From contig JBLWTJ010000002.1 of the NCBI GenBank assembly GCA_048270185.1, positions 1 to 64,000 of the forward strand: 64,000 nt of DNA. The letters are read 5' to 3'. Of this stretch, positions 1 through 9,226 are shown one piece after another. The stretch comes from Bacteriovoracaceae bacterium (lineage in GTDB: Bacteria > Bdellovibrionota > Bacteriovoracia > Bacteriovoracales > Bacteriovoracaceae). The first letter of the stretch is position 1; each line of letters starts with the position of its first letter. The notes under the pieces were generated by a model. It had not been told where the DNA came from. It saw only the letters and a list, made by a program, of their open reading frames with translations, and made no database searches. A program made the position numbers and the translations under genes.

Positions 1-4
1 ATAA

Positions 5-1162
5 ATGAAATTATCACAGCAAATTACTGATTTTATTAAGGACAATACAAGACTAATCAATAAAGTAGATAAAAAGTCCTTTATCGTTCTGTCTTATCTA
101 GGTTTTTATGAAAAGAAGGCTGCAACACTTGAGGATGTCGCTGAATCATTAGCAAATAAGTTTGATACTGAGCTTTTGACAAGGGAGAGGATTAGACAAA
201 TCTTTAAAACATCATTCACAGACAAGGTGAGTATATTGCCCTTGTGGGATCAGCTTCAGAAATTGGTTGATTATATAAATGAAGAAGGATTTGTTACACA
301 GGAACAGATTAGAAGTAAGTTATTAGAAGTTTATGAAGTAGAGAGCATTTCCATAAAAGGAATCTTTGATCTAATCTCACTCTTCAAAATAGATAAAAAA
401 CAAATAAAATGGGAGCTCTTTACTTCGACATTTGAAATACCAACAAGGGAATATCTAAATGATAATCTCCCCCTATATATCATTACTAAAAATAATATAA
501 AATTATATAAAAATGCATACAAGAGAGCTGTAACTGCACCAGGATTAGTGGGTATCGCGTCGATAGAAAATAGTATTAATGAAATTCAAGCTAAAAATAA
601 ACTCACAGACAGGGAAATCAGCAATATTCGCTCTCTTATTAAAAACAGTCCTGAAGTTTTACTTCTTGGCAATGATCGCTATGCAGTACCAGAAAGAGAA
701 AATACAGTAGTAAATGGATTGAAAAAGATGTTTATTGAAGGTGTTCCACTAGAGATGGATGCCATCACGTATGGAATATTGCAATACTTAAGCAAGAGAA
801 CACCTCCGAAATTTCATCCCTATCCAAATGAAGTTGAATTAAAGAGTTATCTAGAGCAGCTAAAGAGTCTTATAAAAGTTAGTGAGAATCTTCGAATCTA
901 TAAATATGAAGAAGAATTTGAACTTAAAAATTTTGATAAGTTAATTTATCAAATTATTAAAGAATCCCCTGGTTTAAACTCTGAACAATTAATGAATAAG
1001 GCCAATGAAATAATTAAAACAACAGAGCAAGAAGAACTGACTAGGATCCACCTCTATAAGTTACTCAAAAACCCATTCATCTTTGCAGACCTTAGCATCG
1101 GCCCAAGAAAGGCCAGATTCTTCCTTATTTCTCAGTATAATTCCAGTAAGTTAGAGAGCTAA
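5..1162 (+). CDS. Hypothetical protein with N-terminal sigma70 region-4-like HTH
   Basis: TLEDVAESL...LTRERIRQI matches the sigma r4 HTH signature; no sigma region 2 seen. Confidence 0.6.
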   Translation: MKLSQQITDFIKDNTRLINKVDKKSFIVLSYLGFYEKKAATLEDVAESLANKFDTELLTRERIRQIFKTSFTDKVSILPLWDQLQKLVDYINEEGFVTQEQIRSKLLEVYEVESISIKGIFDLISLFKIDKKQIKWELFTSTFEIPTREYLNDNLPLYIITKNNIKLYKNAYKRAVTAPGLVGIASIENSINEIQAKNKLTDREISNIRSLIKNSPEVLLLGNDRYAVPERENTVVNGLKKMFIEGVPLEMDAITYGILQYLSKRTPPKFHPYPNEVELKSYLEQLKSLIKVSENLRIYKYEEEFELKNFDKLIYQIIKESPGLNSEQLMNKANEIIKTTEQEELTRIHLYKLLKNPFIFADLSIGPRKARFFLISQYNSSKLES

Positions 1163-1219
1163 CACCAAAAACTCAAGAAAAATTGAATTTACTAAAAACT
1201 CAGATCCCCGAAAATATAA

Positions 1220-1648
1220 ATGAGATATTTTTGGAGAATTCCTGTGATTACAACAAATGAAAAGCTTATATATAAGAGAAAGCTGCCTATAACATTCTGG
1301 ATTGGAGAAGTTTTAAGGGGCTGTACTATTTTTGGTCTACCTTTTGCTATTGCTAATGTTAGTTCATCACTTACATCCTCAGTACAAGTAACAGATAAGA
1401 GAATATTTGGAATTTCTGGAAAATTGGGTTCTCAAAATTTTGATATTAGTTATGACAAAATTTATCAAATAGAAGTTAAAGAAAATACATATCAAAAAAT
1501 CTGGAATTATGGGGAACTCATCATTATAAGCACTAGTGGTGAAGAATTTTCAATTATCTGTGAGTCTCCAACAATTGTAAAAAAAGAGATATTCATTTTA
1601 CAAGATCAATACAAATATGAAAATGAAAGTGAGCTAGCGATAGTATGA
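1220..1648 (+). CDS. Bacterial PH (bPH_2/YdbS-like) domain membrane protein
   Basis: N-terminal hydrophobic stretch; VTDKRI...I.YDKI...KIWNYGELII pattern; ATGA-type overlap with next gene. Confidence 0.6.
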   Translation: MRYFWRIPVITTNEKLIYKRKLPITFWIGEVLRGCTIFGLPFAIANVSSSLTSSVQVTDKRIFGISGKLGSQNFDISYDKIYQIEVKENTYQKIWNYGELIIISTSGEEFSIICESPTIVKKEIFILQDQYKYENESELAIV

Positions 1649-2337
1649 GAAAGAATATCTTACTAATAGATAATGATCATGATTATATTGAGTTCTTTGA
1701 GAATTTATTAGGGAATGAATATCAAATATGTATCGCAAGAGACTTGAATGAAACAATCGAACAAATTAAAGATGAACCATTTTATTTTGAATTAGTAATT
1801 TGTGAAACACACCTTGAGAATATGAGTGGTTTTGAAATTTTCAATAAATTAAGAAATAATATTGACTTTCGACATATTCCTTTCATCTTTAAAACATCTT
1901 CAAAATGTGAAGAAATATTCTATGAAGCAATGGTTCTAAATGGTGTCGAAATTATCCACACCAATATGAAATATTTTGAAGTCATTGCACGTATAAAGCT
2001 TGCAATAAGAAGTGCACCGGTTATCAACTTAAAAGTAGATGAATCGACATTCGTTATGATTGATACTATTTCTAGAAAAGTAATTTTCCCACAAGTGAAC
2101 ATCCCTATTTTTTTAACAGAGAGTGAACTAAAAACTTTAAAAGTATTTGATTATAAAAATGATTATATTAAGAAAGAGGAAATAATCGAATACGTTTACG
2201 GGAAAGGTTACCACATCACTGACAATAACTTTAATACTGTCCTTTCAAATATAAGAAAGAAGATTGAACCATTAAATATTAAGATAGCAGCAAAAAGAAA
2301 TATTGGTTTAAGACTTGAAGCTCTACAGGTATCATAA
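1645..2337 (+). CDS. Atypical OmpR/PhoB-type response regulator (phospho-acceptor Asp replaced by Glu)
   Basis: REC (LLIDND; ELVICETHLENMSG) plus wHTH (LTESELKTL; TVLSNIRKKI; RNIG); paralogue of 14321 and 17450. Confidence 0.85.
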   Translation: MRKNILLIDNDHDYIEFFENLLGNEYQICIARDLNETIEQIKDEPFYFELVICETHLENMSGFEIFNKLRNNIDFRHIPFIFKTSSKCEEIFYEAMVLNGVEIIHTNMKYFEVIARIKLAIRSAPVINLKVDESTFVMIDTISRKVIFPQVNIPIFLTESELKTLKVFDYKNDYIKKEEIIEYVYGKGYHITDNNFNTVLSNIRKKIEPLNIKIAAKRNIGLRLEALQVS

Positions 2338-2338
2338 A

Positions 2339-2360
2339 AAAGGGCCAGTAATGGCCCTTT
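2339..2360. terminator. Bidirectional intrinsic terminator
   Basis: AAAGGGCCA-gtaa-TGGCCCTTT between convergent genes. Confidence 0.75.
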
Positions 2361-2365
2361 AATAT

Positions 2366-3289
2366 TTACTGCTTTTTCTTTTCTTTTCTCGATACTAATT
2401 TGTATTTGAAGAAGAGTGAGTCTTGCTTACCGGCAACATCATAAGTTAAAACCATTCCACTTGATTTACCAATACAGTGCTGGTCATCAATTACTTCAAC
2501 CATACCACTGATTCCTTCTGCAAATCCTTTTACATTTCCACATAGTGGGTACTTTGTTAAAACCTTAGTCGACCAATTCATTCGATATAAATCTTTTGCA
2601 TAAACAAAAACTTCGACTTCATCACCTGGCATTACTTTAGTACTAGGAGCAGGTCTATCCCAGTTTGATCTAGAATAAGTGGCCGGAGCAACTTCTAAGT
2701 TACGTCCTGAACCGTCAACAATATTCGTCTCTGCCCAATTAATTGAAACTACATTTGAAGTATTATTCTTAAGCTTTAACGACTGTCCTGGAAGTGTCAT
2801 ATTTGGAAAGTACGTAAGCTCAACTCCGCCTTTTTTCACAGTGAAATGCTTCCCTTTTAATGGGCTATATTTTCTTTCAACAGGATCGCTCCATAGCTCC
2901 TTATATTTGTAGATATCAGCGTCAATTTCAGCGTAAATAAGAGCATTATCCTTTTCTCTAAAGCACGTTAAAAACTTAGGTTCTTCATCGATATTCCCGT
3001 TTGACTTCTTTAATGCAATCATCATTTTTGACGGTGCATTCATATACCATACGTCACAATTAATTTTACCTTGGTCCTTTCCTCCATCTCTTGAAGATGA
3101 CGAATAAGGCTGGCCAGCAAATTTAATAATTTCATCTCTTTTAATTGTTCCAAGCTTATCAGAAATAAGCCCTTCTAGCTTAGCCTTCTCTAACTTTTTC
3201 CCTTCAGCAAAAGAACCTTGTAATTGTGCACATGATGTTACAAGGGCCAGTGCACTTACAGCACAAGTAAGTTTGAATGTTGATGTCAT
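2366..3289 (-). CDS. Orphan lipoprotein (possible SmpA/OmlA-like N-domain plus beta-sandwich C-domain)
   Basis: Lipobox LVTSC; start moved to ATG 3289, which has an AGGAG SD; KRDEIIKFAGQP resembles SmpA/BamE. Confidence 0.7.
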   Translation of the reverse strand: MTSTFKLTCAVSALALVTSCAQLQGSFAEGKKLEKAKLEGLISDKLGTIKRDEIIKFAGQPYSSSSRDGGKDQGKINCDVWYMNAPSKMMIALKKSNGNIDEEPKFLTCFREKDNALIYAEIDADIYKYKELWSDPVERKYSPLKGKHFTVKKGGVELTYFPNMTLPGQSLKLKNNTSNVVSINWAETNIVDGSGRNLEVAPATYSRSNWDRPAPSTKVMPGDEVEVFVYAKDLYRMNWSTKVLTKYPLCGNVKGFAEGISGMVEVIDDQHCIGKSSGMVLTYDVAGKQDSLFFKYKLVSRKEKKKQ

Positions 3290-3354
3290 ACCTATCTCCT
3301 TAAATGACAATATTTGTATAAGATGATTATAGGTCTATTCACATTTCACAAAAG

Positions 3355-3412
3355 GTAAGTTGTCTTACCTTATGAGTAAGAATTCTTACCTCTTGAAGTA
3401 AGAGATCTTACC
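3355..3412. promoter_or_regulatory. Triple palindromic operator array GTAAG-N4-CTTACC
   Basis: Exact copies start at 3355, 3376 and 3398, between divergent lipoprotein genes. Confidence 0.85.
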
Positions 3413-3439
3413 TTAAGACAAAGTGAAGTGATCCGATAA
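3413..3439 (+). promoter_or_regulatory. Putative sigma28 (FliA) promoter
   Basis: TTAA-N15-TCCGATAA upstream of 3473. Confidence 0.6.
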
Positions 3440-3472
3440 TTTAAATACTAACTTCAACAAGGGGACGTTTTT

Positions 3473-4135
3473 ATGAAGAAGTTTTTATTTTTAATTCCAG
3501 CGATTCTAATCGCACAATCTTGCTCTAGCAGTCTTTCAGAGGGTGAAGCTCTTATGCTTGAAAAAAAATTCAAACCTCAGGTGAGCTTTTATCAACTGAA
3601 GGATAACAAAGTAACAACTGACTCATTAAAAGTAGGCAGCTTTAAAATCATTGAAAAAATTTCTCTTTCAGATATTGAAGAAGAAAAAATTGAAAAGGAT
3701 GTAAAAGCAGCTCGAGCATTTGGTGCAAAAGGTTATGATCTTGAAATTAAGAAATACATTATTGGGGCACAATACCTTGCACCTGAAGACGGGATGATTG
3801 TTGCAGGAACGAGTATCTTTAAAAATAAAGCAACATTTGAAAAAGAAAAAGAGAATGCAATTAAAAATGAAACACATGAAAGAAAATGTGCTGCCCATAG
3901 TACGAGTTGGGGAAAAAGATATTGTGTTAAGTATAACTTAGTAAAAGTAGAAAACTATGATCAAAAGCTTAAAGAGCTTCAAGATCAATTTGCTAATTTT
4001 AAAGTCATGAATAAGGGCGATGTTCTTCTAACAAAGAATTATGAAGTTGGTTACAAAACAGAATCAATGGAAGGCAAAAGCCAAACATATGTACATTATA
4101 AGAAAATACCTGGAAGATCCACAGCTTCTAAGTAA
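3473..4135 (+). CDS. Orphan lipoprotein, paralogue of 13042..13668
   Basis: Lipobox IAQSC; shared motifs DG.(I/V)VA..SIF.N, a Cys pair followed by CVK, and KGD(V/I).L...YE. Confidence 0.8.
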   Translation: MKKFLFLIPAILIAQSCSSSLSEGEALMLEKKFKPQVSFYQLKDNKVTTDSLKVGSFKIIEKISLSDIEEEKIEKDVKAARAFGAKGYDLEIKKYIIGAQYLAPEDGMIVAGTSIFKNKATFEKEKENAIKNETHERKCAAHSTSWGKRYCVKYNLVKVENYDQKLKELQDQFANFKVMNKGDVLLTKNYEVGYKTESMEGKSQTYVHYKKIPGRSTASK

Positions 4136-4142
4136 TTCCTCT

Positions 4143-4171
4143 AAGAGTGTCTTAACATTTAAGACACTCTT
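4143..4171 (+). terminator. Intrinsic terminator
   Basis: AAGAGTGTCTTAA-cat-TTAAGACACTCTT followed by a T-rich tract. Confidence 0.7.
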
Positions 4172-4284
4172 CTTATTTTCAAGATTTCATTAAAACATTA
4201 ATAAACTGACTATCGTCATAGCTAAAGTATATTACTTGTGCAAGGATGTGCGTTTGTGTAAATAATTTTCATAGGAGAGAAGAC

Positions 4285-5490
4285 TTGGAGATTAAAGAAT
4301 TAAAAGAAGAAAATAGCTTTGGTTTCGACGAATTATTTTTTTCACGCACAAATAAGAAAGGAATCATTGAATCAGGAAATTCTGTTTTTCAACGAGTAAG
4401 CCAGTATGAATGGGACGAAATGCTTGGTAAGCCTCATAAAGTGGTAAGACACCCAGAAATGCCACGAGGTGTATTCTCACTTCTATGGGATACTATTGGA
4501 AAAGGTGAAATGATTGGTGCCTATGTTAACAACAAGGCCAAAGATGGAAGCAATTATTGGGTCTACGCTCTTGTTTCCCCTATCGCAGATGGTTATTTAT
4601 CTGTTCGTTTAAAGCCAAGTAGCGATTATTTTGAAATCGTAAAGCAAAAGTACAATGATCTGCTACAGCTTGAGAAGAAAGAAAGGTTAACACCAGAGCA
4701 ATCTCAAGAAAAACTATTAGAAGTTATTAATGAACTAGGCTTTCAAACCTATAAACACTTCATGATTGAGTCACTGATGAAAGAACTAGAATGCCGTCAA
4801 CAAGAACTAGGGGGAGAGCCAATCGAAGAACTCGAATTACTTCGTGGTGCTTTAAAATCGGGGACTCAATTACAAGGTAATTCAGAGTTAATTTTTGATG
4901 CCTATAAGAAGACATCCCTCGTGCCAATTAATCTTGAAGTTCAATCAGCACGCATCGGTCAGACGGCCGCTTCACTTGCAACAATTTCAACTCAATACGA
5001 TAAGCTTGCCAAAGAAATTCAAGAGCAGATTAAACTCTTTGCTGAATCAGGGAAGATGGTTCAAGAAAAAGTAAAAGACTGTCAGTTCTATGTTTGTAAT
5101 TCAATTCTTCAAAGAGAGATTTTTCAATTCTTCGAACAAGAAGTAAAAGAAACTCCTGTTCACAAAGAGGGGGAAATGACGATTCTAAATCAACTTAGAA
5201 ATCAACAAATTCACAGTGCAAGATCAAGTTTAGATGAGATTCAAAACGAATTTAGGCAGTTTAAAAAAGTATGTGACGATGTAAAGAAACTTTCAATTGG
5301 GCTTGAAATGGTAAGTATAAGTGGCAAGATTGAAGCGGCTAAGTTAACAAATGAATCGGGTGAATTAAGAGGACTTCTCGATGAACTAACAACATTTAAG
5401 GACTCATTAAAAAGCACTATCCATATAATTAATGAGTGTGGAAGTGACCTTCTTCACCAGGTTAATCATATGAGAAAAGCTCTACTTTAA
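4285..5490 (+). CDS. Soluble Aer-type PAS protein with degenerate MCP-like signalling helices
   Basis: LFFSRTN.KG; RHPEMP; NKAKDGSNYWV (Aer PAS motifs); probable TTG start at 4285 after AGGAGAG. Confidence 0.75.
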   Translation: MEIKELKEENSFGFDELFFSRTNKKGIIESGNSVFQRVSQYEWDEMLGKPHKVVRHPEMPRGVFSLLWDTIGKGEMIGAYVNNKAKDGSNYWVYALVSPIADGYLSVRLKPSSDYFEIVKQKYNDLLQLEKKERLTPEQSQEKLLEVINELGFQTYKHFMIESLMKELECRQQELGGEPIEELELLRGALKSGTQLQGNSELIFDAYKKTSLVPINLEVQSARIGQTAASLATISTQYDKLAKEIQEQIKLFAESGKMVQEKVKDCQFYVCNSILQREIFQFFEQEVKETPVHKEGEMTILNQLRNQQIHSARSSLDEIQNEFRQFKKVCDDVKKLSIGLEMVSISGKIEAAKLTNESGELRGLLDELTTFKDSLKSTIHIINECGSDLLHQVNHMRKALL

Positions 5491-5495
5491 AACTC

Positions 5496-6206
5496 TTAAA
5501 TATCCTTAAAGCCTAGTCTTCCGACAAACGGAAGCTTTATGGCCGGAGGATAAACATCAACACCAAAGCTTAAACCAAGGGCGTTGACTTCAACGCCTTC
5601 TTTTAGGCCAACAGTGACTCCTGCTACACCAAAGAGAGAAACCTGCCCTCCAGTATTTGAAGCTGTATTAGAAATGAGGCTTGTCCCAAGATAATCTTTT
5701 CCAATGGCATGAGGGGGCATCTCGACATCAATTTCTTCAATCTCTCTTGTCATATGAGCAACAAAAGTATTTGAATTCGGCCCAGGCCAGACACGGTAGA
5801 TATCTTGGTATGGATAATTTGAAATTTTCTCTTTTAATTGCTTAATAATACGATCGGCCTTATCCCCTCTGGCTTCAAACATCAGAGTCGGCATACTATC
5901 AAACCATTTACGATCAGGAAGGTCTTGTTCTACTCTTACCGCTGTTCCTTCTCGTCTTATATTCCAAGATGTCACTTGAGCGACCGTGTATTCTTTGTCC
6001 TCTTTCTGCTTCCAAGAGATCCATGGGTGAACAGCTAGGTTTCCACGCCATGAGTAGGCACGAGCATAATAAATTAGAACAATACTTTCTTTTAACTCAC
6101 TTGCAAGAGGTGCAAGACCTGCACTCTCCCTCGACATCTCACGCCAACTCTTAGAAGAGCATGAAGTTAATAGCAGTGATATTAGAATGATAATTAATTT
6201 ATTCAT
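5496..6206 (-). CDS. DUF3750-like lipoprotein
   Basis: Lipobox LLTSC; WRG.LAVHPWI, Y.VWPGPNSNTFVA and IGKDY motifs. Confidence 0.75.
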   Translation of the reverse strand: MNKLIIILISLLLTSCSSKSWREMSRESAGLAPLASELKESIVLIYYARAYSWRGNLAVHPWISWKQKEDKEYTVAQVTSWNIRREGTAVRVEQDLPDRKWFDSMPTLMFEARGDKADRIIKQLKEKISNYPYQDIYRVWPGPNSNTFVAHMTREIEEIDVEMPPHAIGKDYLGTSLISNTASNTGGQVSLFGVAGVTVGLKEGVEVNALGLSFGVDVYPPAIKLPFVGRLGFKDI

Positions 6207-6504
6207 TGATACTCGTCTTTATTGTTTCAAGAACACCTGGATAGAGTTTGCGAATATTTGGATTGAGGAAGAGGTATTTCTTAACACCCTCAACTCGCTC
6301 ACAAATAATATGGGCCTCAAGAAGAATCTTGATATGGTGAGAGAAAGTGGCCTTGTTCACACAATATTCAAAAGATCCGCAAGTCATTTCGAAGGCACCG
6401 TGCTCTTCTTCATAGGCCAAAAGCTGGCGAATGACTCCCATTCGGATAGGATCTCCTAATGATTTAAATATCTTATCTAGTGGTATGTCTTTACATTTAT
6501 TCAT
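6199..6504 (-). CDS. ArsR/SmtB family transcriptional regulator
   Basis: FKSLGDPIRM..I; KATFSHHIKILLEA. Confidence 0.85.
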   Translation of the reverse strand: MNKCKDIPLDKIFKSLGDPIRMGVIRQLLAYEEEHGAFEMTCGSFEYCVNKATFSHHIKILLEAHIICERVEGVKKYLFLNPNIRKLYPGVLETIKTSINE

Positions 6505-6513
6505 GTTTTTCCA

Positions 6514-6585
6514 TTGTTAGATAAAATTCTAACAAAAGACTTGATTTTTATCAAGAGCAGGATTATTGTTTGATAAATATCAAAC
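6514..6585. promoter_or_regulatory. Three related palindromic operators (probably ArsR sites)
   Basis: TTGTTAGA-N6-TCTAACAA (6514-6535), CTTGAT-N4-ATCAAG (6540-6555), GTTTGATA-N2-TATCAAAC (6568-6585). Confidence 0.65.
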
Positions 6586-6598
6586 TAAAGGAGTCACT

Positions 6599-7660
6599 AT
6601 GACAACTCTACTTTCACCGATAAAACTTGGAAATATAGAATTAAAAAATCGCGTTATCATGGCGCCACTAACACGCGCACGTGCAGGAGTTGAACGCATT
6701 CCAAACGATCTAATGCTTGAATACTATACACAAAGAGCAGGTGCTGGAATGATCTTAACAGAAGCTACGGCCATTACTGAAGACGCTGTTGGTTATGCCA
6801 ATACTCCTGGAATCTGGTCACAAGAGCAAGTTGCTGGTTGGAAGAAAATCACACAGGCCGTTCAAGCAAAAGGCTCAAAGATCTTTATGCAACTATGGCA
6901 CGTTGGACGAATTTCTCATTCATCTTTTCTAAAGGGAGAAAAACCTGTTGCCCCAAGTGCCATCAGGCCAGAAGGTCACGTCTCTCTTGTAAGACCAATT
7001 ACAAATTATGAAGAGCCACGTGCACTTGAAACAAATGAAGTGAAGGCCATTGTCCAAAATTATAAACAAGCGGCCATTAACGCAAAGGAAGCGGGCTTTG
7101 ATGGAGTTGAAATCCATGCGGCCAATGGTTATTTGATTGACCAATTCCTACAAGACTCAACAAATAAGAGAGATGATCAATATGGAGGGAATATTGAAAA
7201 CAGAGTGCGATTCTTGCTTGAAATTACAGACGAACTCATTGATGTATGGGGCGCAGATCGCGTTGGTGTTCATCTTGCTCCTCGTTGTGATAGCCATGAT
7301 ATGGGTGACTCAAATCCCCTGGATCTTTTTAGCTATGTGGTAGAAGAACTTAACAAGAGAAAAATTGCTTTTATCTTTACTCGTGAACATCTTGCAGAAG
7401 ATAGTATCTCGCCAAAATTAAAACAAAAATTTGATGGCGTCTTTATTGCCAATGAAAAGTACACAGGACAGACAGCACAAAGAGCATTAGACGATAAGAT
7501 AGCCGATGCTATTTCTTTTGGTGTGCCATTTATTGCCAATCCTGACTTAGTTGATCGCTTGGCCATTAATGCTCCATTAAACGAACCTGTCTTTGAAACT
7601 TTCTACGGGCCAGATCACGTTGGCTATACTGACTATCCAACACTAGAGGAAGTAAGGTAA
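6599..7660 (+). CDS. nemA: Old yellow enzyme family alkene reductase (NemA/XenB-like)
   Basis: [40 protein letters not shown] before ATG 6599. Confidence 0.9.
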   Translation: MTTLLSPIKLGNIELKNRVIMAPLTRARAGVERIPNDLMLEYYTQRAGAGMILTEATAITEDAVGYANTPGIWSQEQVAGWKKITQAVQAKGSKIFMQLWHVGRISHSSFLKGEKPVAPSAIRPEGHVSLVRPITNYEEPRALETNEVKAIVQNYKQAAINAKEAGFDGVEIHAANGYLIDQFLQDSTNKRDDQYGGNIENRVRFLLEITDELIDVWGADRVGVHLAPRCDSHDMGDSNPLDLFSYVVEELNKRKIAFIFTREHLAEDSISPKLKQKFDGVFIANEKYTGQTAQRALDDKIADAISFGVPFIANPDLVDRLAINAPLNEPVFETFYGPDHVGYTDYPTLEEVR

Positions 7661-8646
7661 TGCCAAAACTTTCTCTACTCGACTTAGTTTTTGTAAATGA
7701 AGGTGCTGACTTAAAATCAGCGTACGATGACTCGATAAAAACAGCACAAGCGGTTGAAGAGTTTGGCTTTAACCGAATTTGGGTAGCTGAACATCATAAT
7801 ATGCCGGCCATTGCCAGTGCTGCAACTTCAGTCGTTATTGGCTTACTTGCTAGTCAAACAAAGAAAATAAGAATTGGTGCCGGAGGTATTATGCTTCCCA
7901 ACCACTCTCCTCTTGTAATCGCAGAACAATTTGGAACATTGGAAGCACTTTATCCAGGAAGAATTGATCTTGGACTTGGGCGGGCCCCGGGAACTGACCA
8001 ACAAACTCTTCGTGCACTTCGTACCGATGCTAAGAAATCAGATAATTTTCCAAAGGATGTGGTCGAACTTCAACGCTTCCTATCTAAAGATAGCGAAGGT
8101 GATGCAATTATGGCCACTCCAGGAATGGGCTCGGAAATACCTCTATGGATTTTAGGTTCATCGACTTTTGGGGCCCAGTTGGCAGCGCACTTAGGGCTAC
8201 CTTACGCTTTTGCTTCGCACTTTGCCCCTGATGCTATCGCCGATGCTCTCGCTCATTATCACAATGACTTCACTCCATCAAAACAACAAGACAAGCCCTA
8301 TGTTATGTTAGGAGTAAATATCATTATAGCTGACAGCGATGAAGAAGCTCAGTTCCTTTCAACAAGTCAGAAGCAATCTTTTGCTAACTTGCGCCGTGGC
8401 CTGAAAAAGAAATTTCAAGCACCAATTGAAGATATGGATTCATACTGGGATGTTCATGAAAAGATGATGGCCCAACATATGCTTCACTTTTCTTTTATTG
8501 GCTCAAAGGAGGTAGTAAAGAAAGAACTTGATACATTCATTGAGCGATACAGGCCAGATGAACTAATGGTTGTGACTTCAATCTACGATGTGGAGAAGAG
8601 AATTAAATCGCTTAAGCTTTTAAGTGAACTTTACAGCGATCTATAA
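7660..8646 (+). CDS. LLM-class luciferase-like flavin monooxygenase (YhbW-like)
   Basis: [30 protein letters not shown]. Confidence 0.9.
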   Translation: MPKLSLLDLVFVNEGADLKSAYDDSIKTAQAVEEFGFNRIWVAEHHNMPAIASAATSVVIGLLASQTKKIRIGAGGIMLPNHSPLVIAEQFGTLEALYPGRIDLGLGRAPGTDQQTLRALRTDAKKSDNFPKDVVELQRFLSKDSEGDAIMATPGMGSEIPLWILGSSTFGAQLAAHLGLPYAFASHFAPDAIADALAHYHNDFTPSKQQDKPYVMLGVNIIIADSDEEAQFLSTSQKQSFANLRRGLKKKFQAPIEDMDSYWDVHEKMMAQHMLHFSFIGSKEVVKKELDTFIERYRPDELMVVTSIYDVEKRIKSLKLLSELYSDL

Positions 8647-8664
8647 AGCTCCTATCATCTTTTT

Positions 8665-9111
8665 ATGAAGAAAAAGAATATTGCCCTTGTGGCCCACGAT
8701 CACCGAAAACAAGATTTAACCAACTGGTGCGTTGAGCATAGAAATACACTCTCAAAACATAACCTCTTTGCAACAGGTACAACTGGGCGATTATTAGAAG
8801 ATAAGCTAGAACTTAAAATTACCCGCTTTCTAAGTGGTCCAATTGGTGGAGACTTCCAAATCGGCAATGCCATTGTTGAAGGAAAAATTGATATGTTGAT
8901 CTTCTTCTGGGATCCACTTGAGTCAATGGCCCATGATCCAGATATAAAGGCACTGCTAAGAATTGCGACTCTTTATAATATCCCGATGGCCTGTAATCAA
9001 ACAAGTGCTGACTTTTTTATAAGCTCAAGCCTGATGTTCGAAGACTACCAAAAGAAGCTCACTGTTCTCAATAATTACCATGATAATCGGGCCAAATTCA
9101 ATACTGACTGA
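8665..9111 (+). CDS. mgsA: Methylglyoxal synthase
   Basis: IALVAHD, ATGTTG, SGP.GGD.QIG, FFWDPL, HDPD.KALLR. Confidence 0.95.
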   Translation: MKKKNIALVAHDHRKQDLTNWCVEHRNTLSKHNLFATGTTGRLLEDKLELKITRFLSGPIGGDFQIGNAIVEGKIDMLIFFWDPLESMAHDPDIKALLRIATLYNIPMACNQTSADFFISSSLMFEDYQKKLTVLNNYHDNRAKFNTD

Positions 9112-9226
9112 TTCTTAATCAAAACTAAGTTAAAGTTGTTTAAGTTACTGAATTCACAAAGAGAATATTTGCATAGTAAGTGTTTTTTTTCTTTGAGAAT
9201 TTCAATAATCGAAATACAATTTTCTA

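Noticed and set aside
3355..3412. 21-22-bp periodic palindromes as a mini-CRISPR
   Set aside because: Spacers are only about 7 nt, there are no cas genes, and the geometry fits operators
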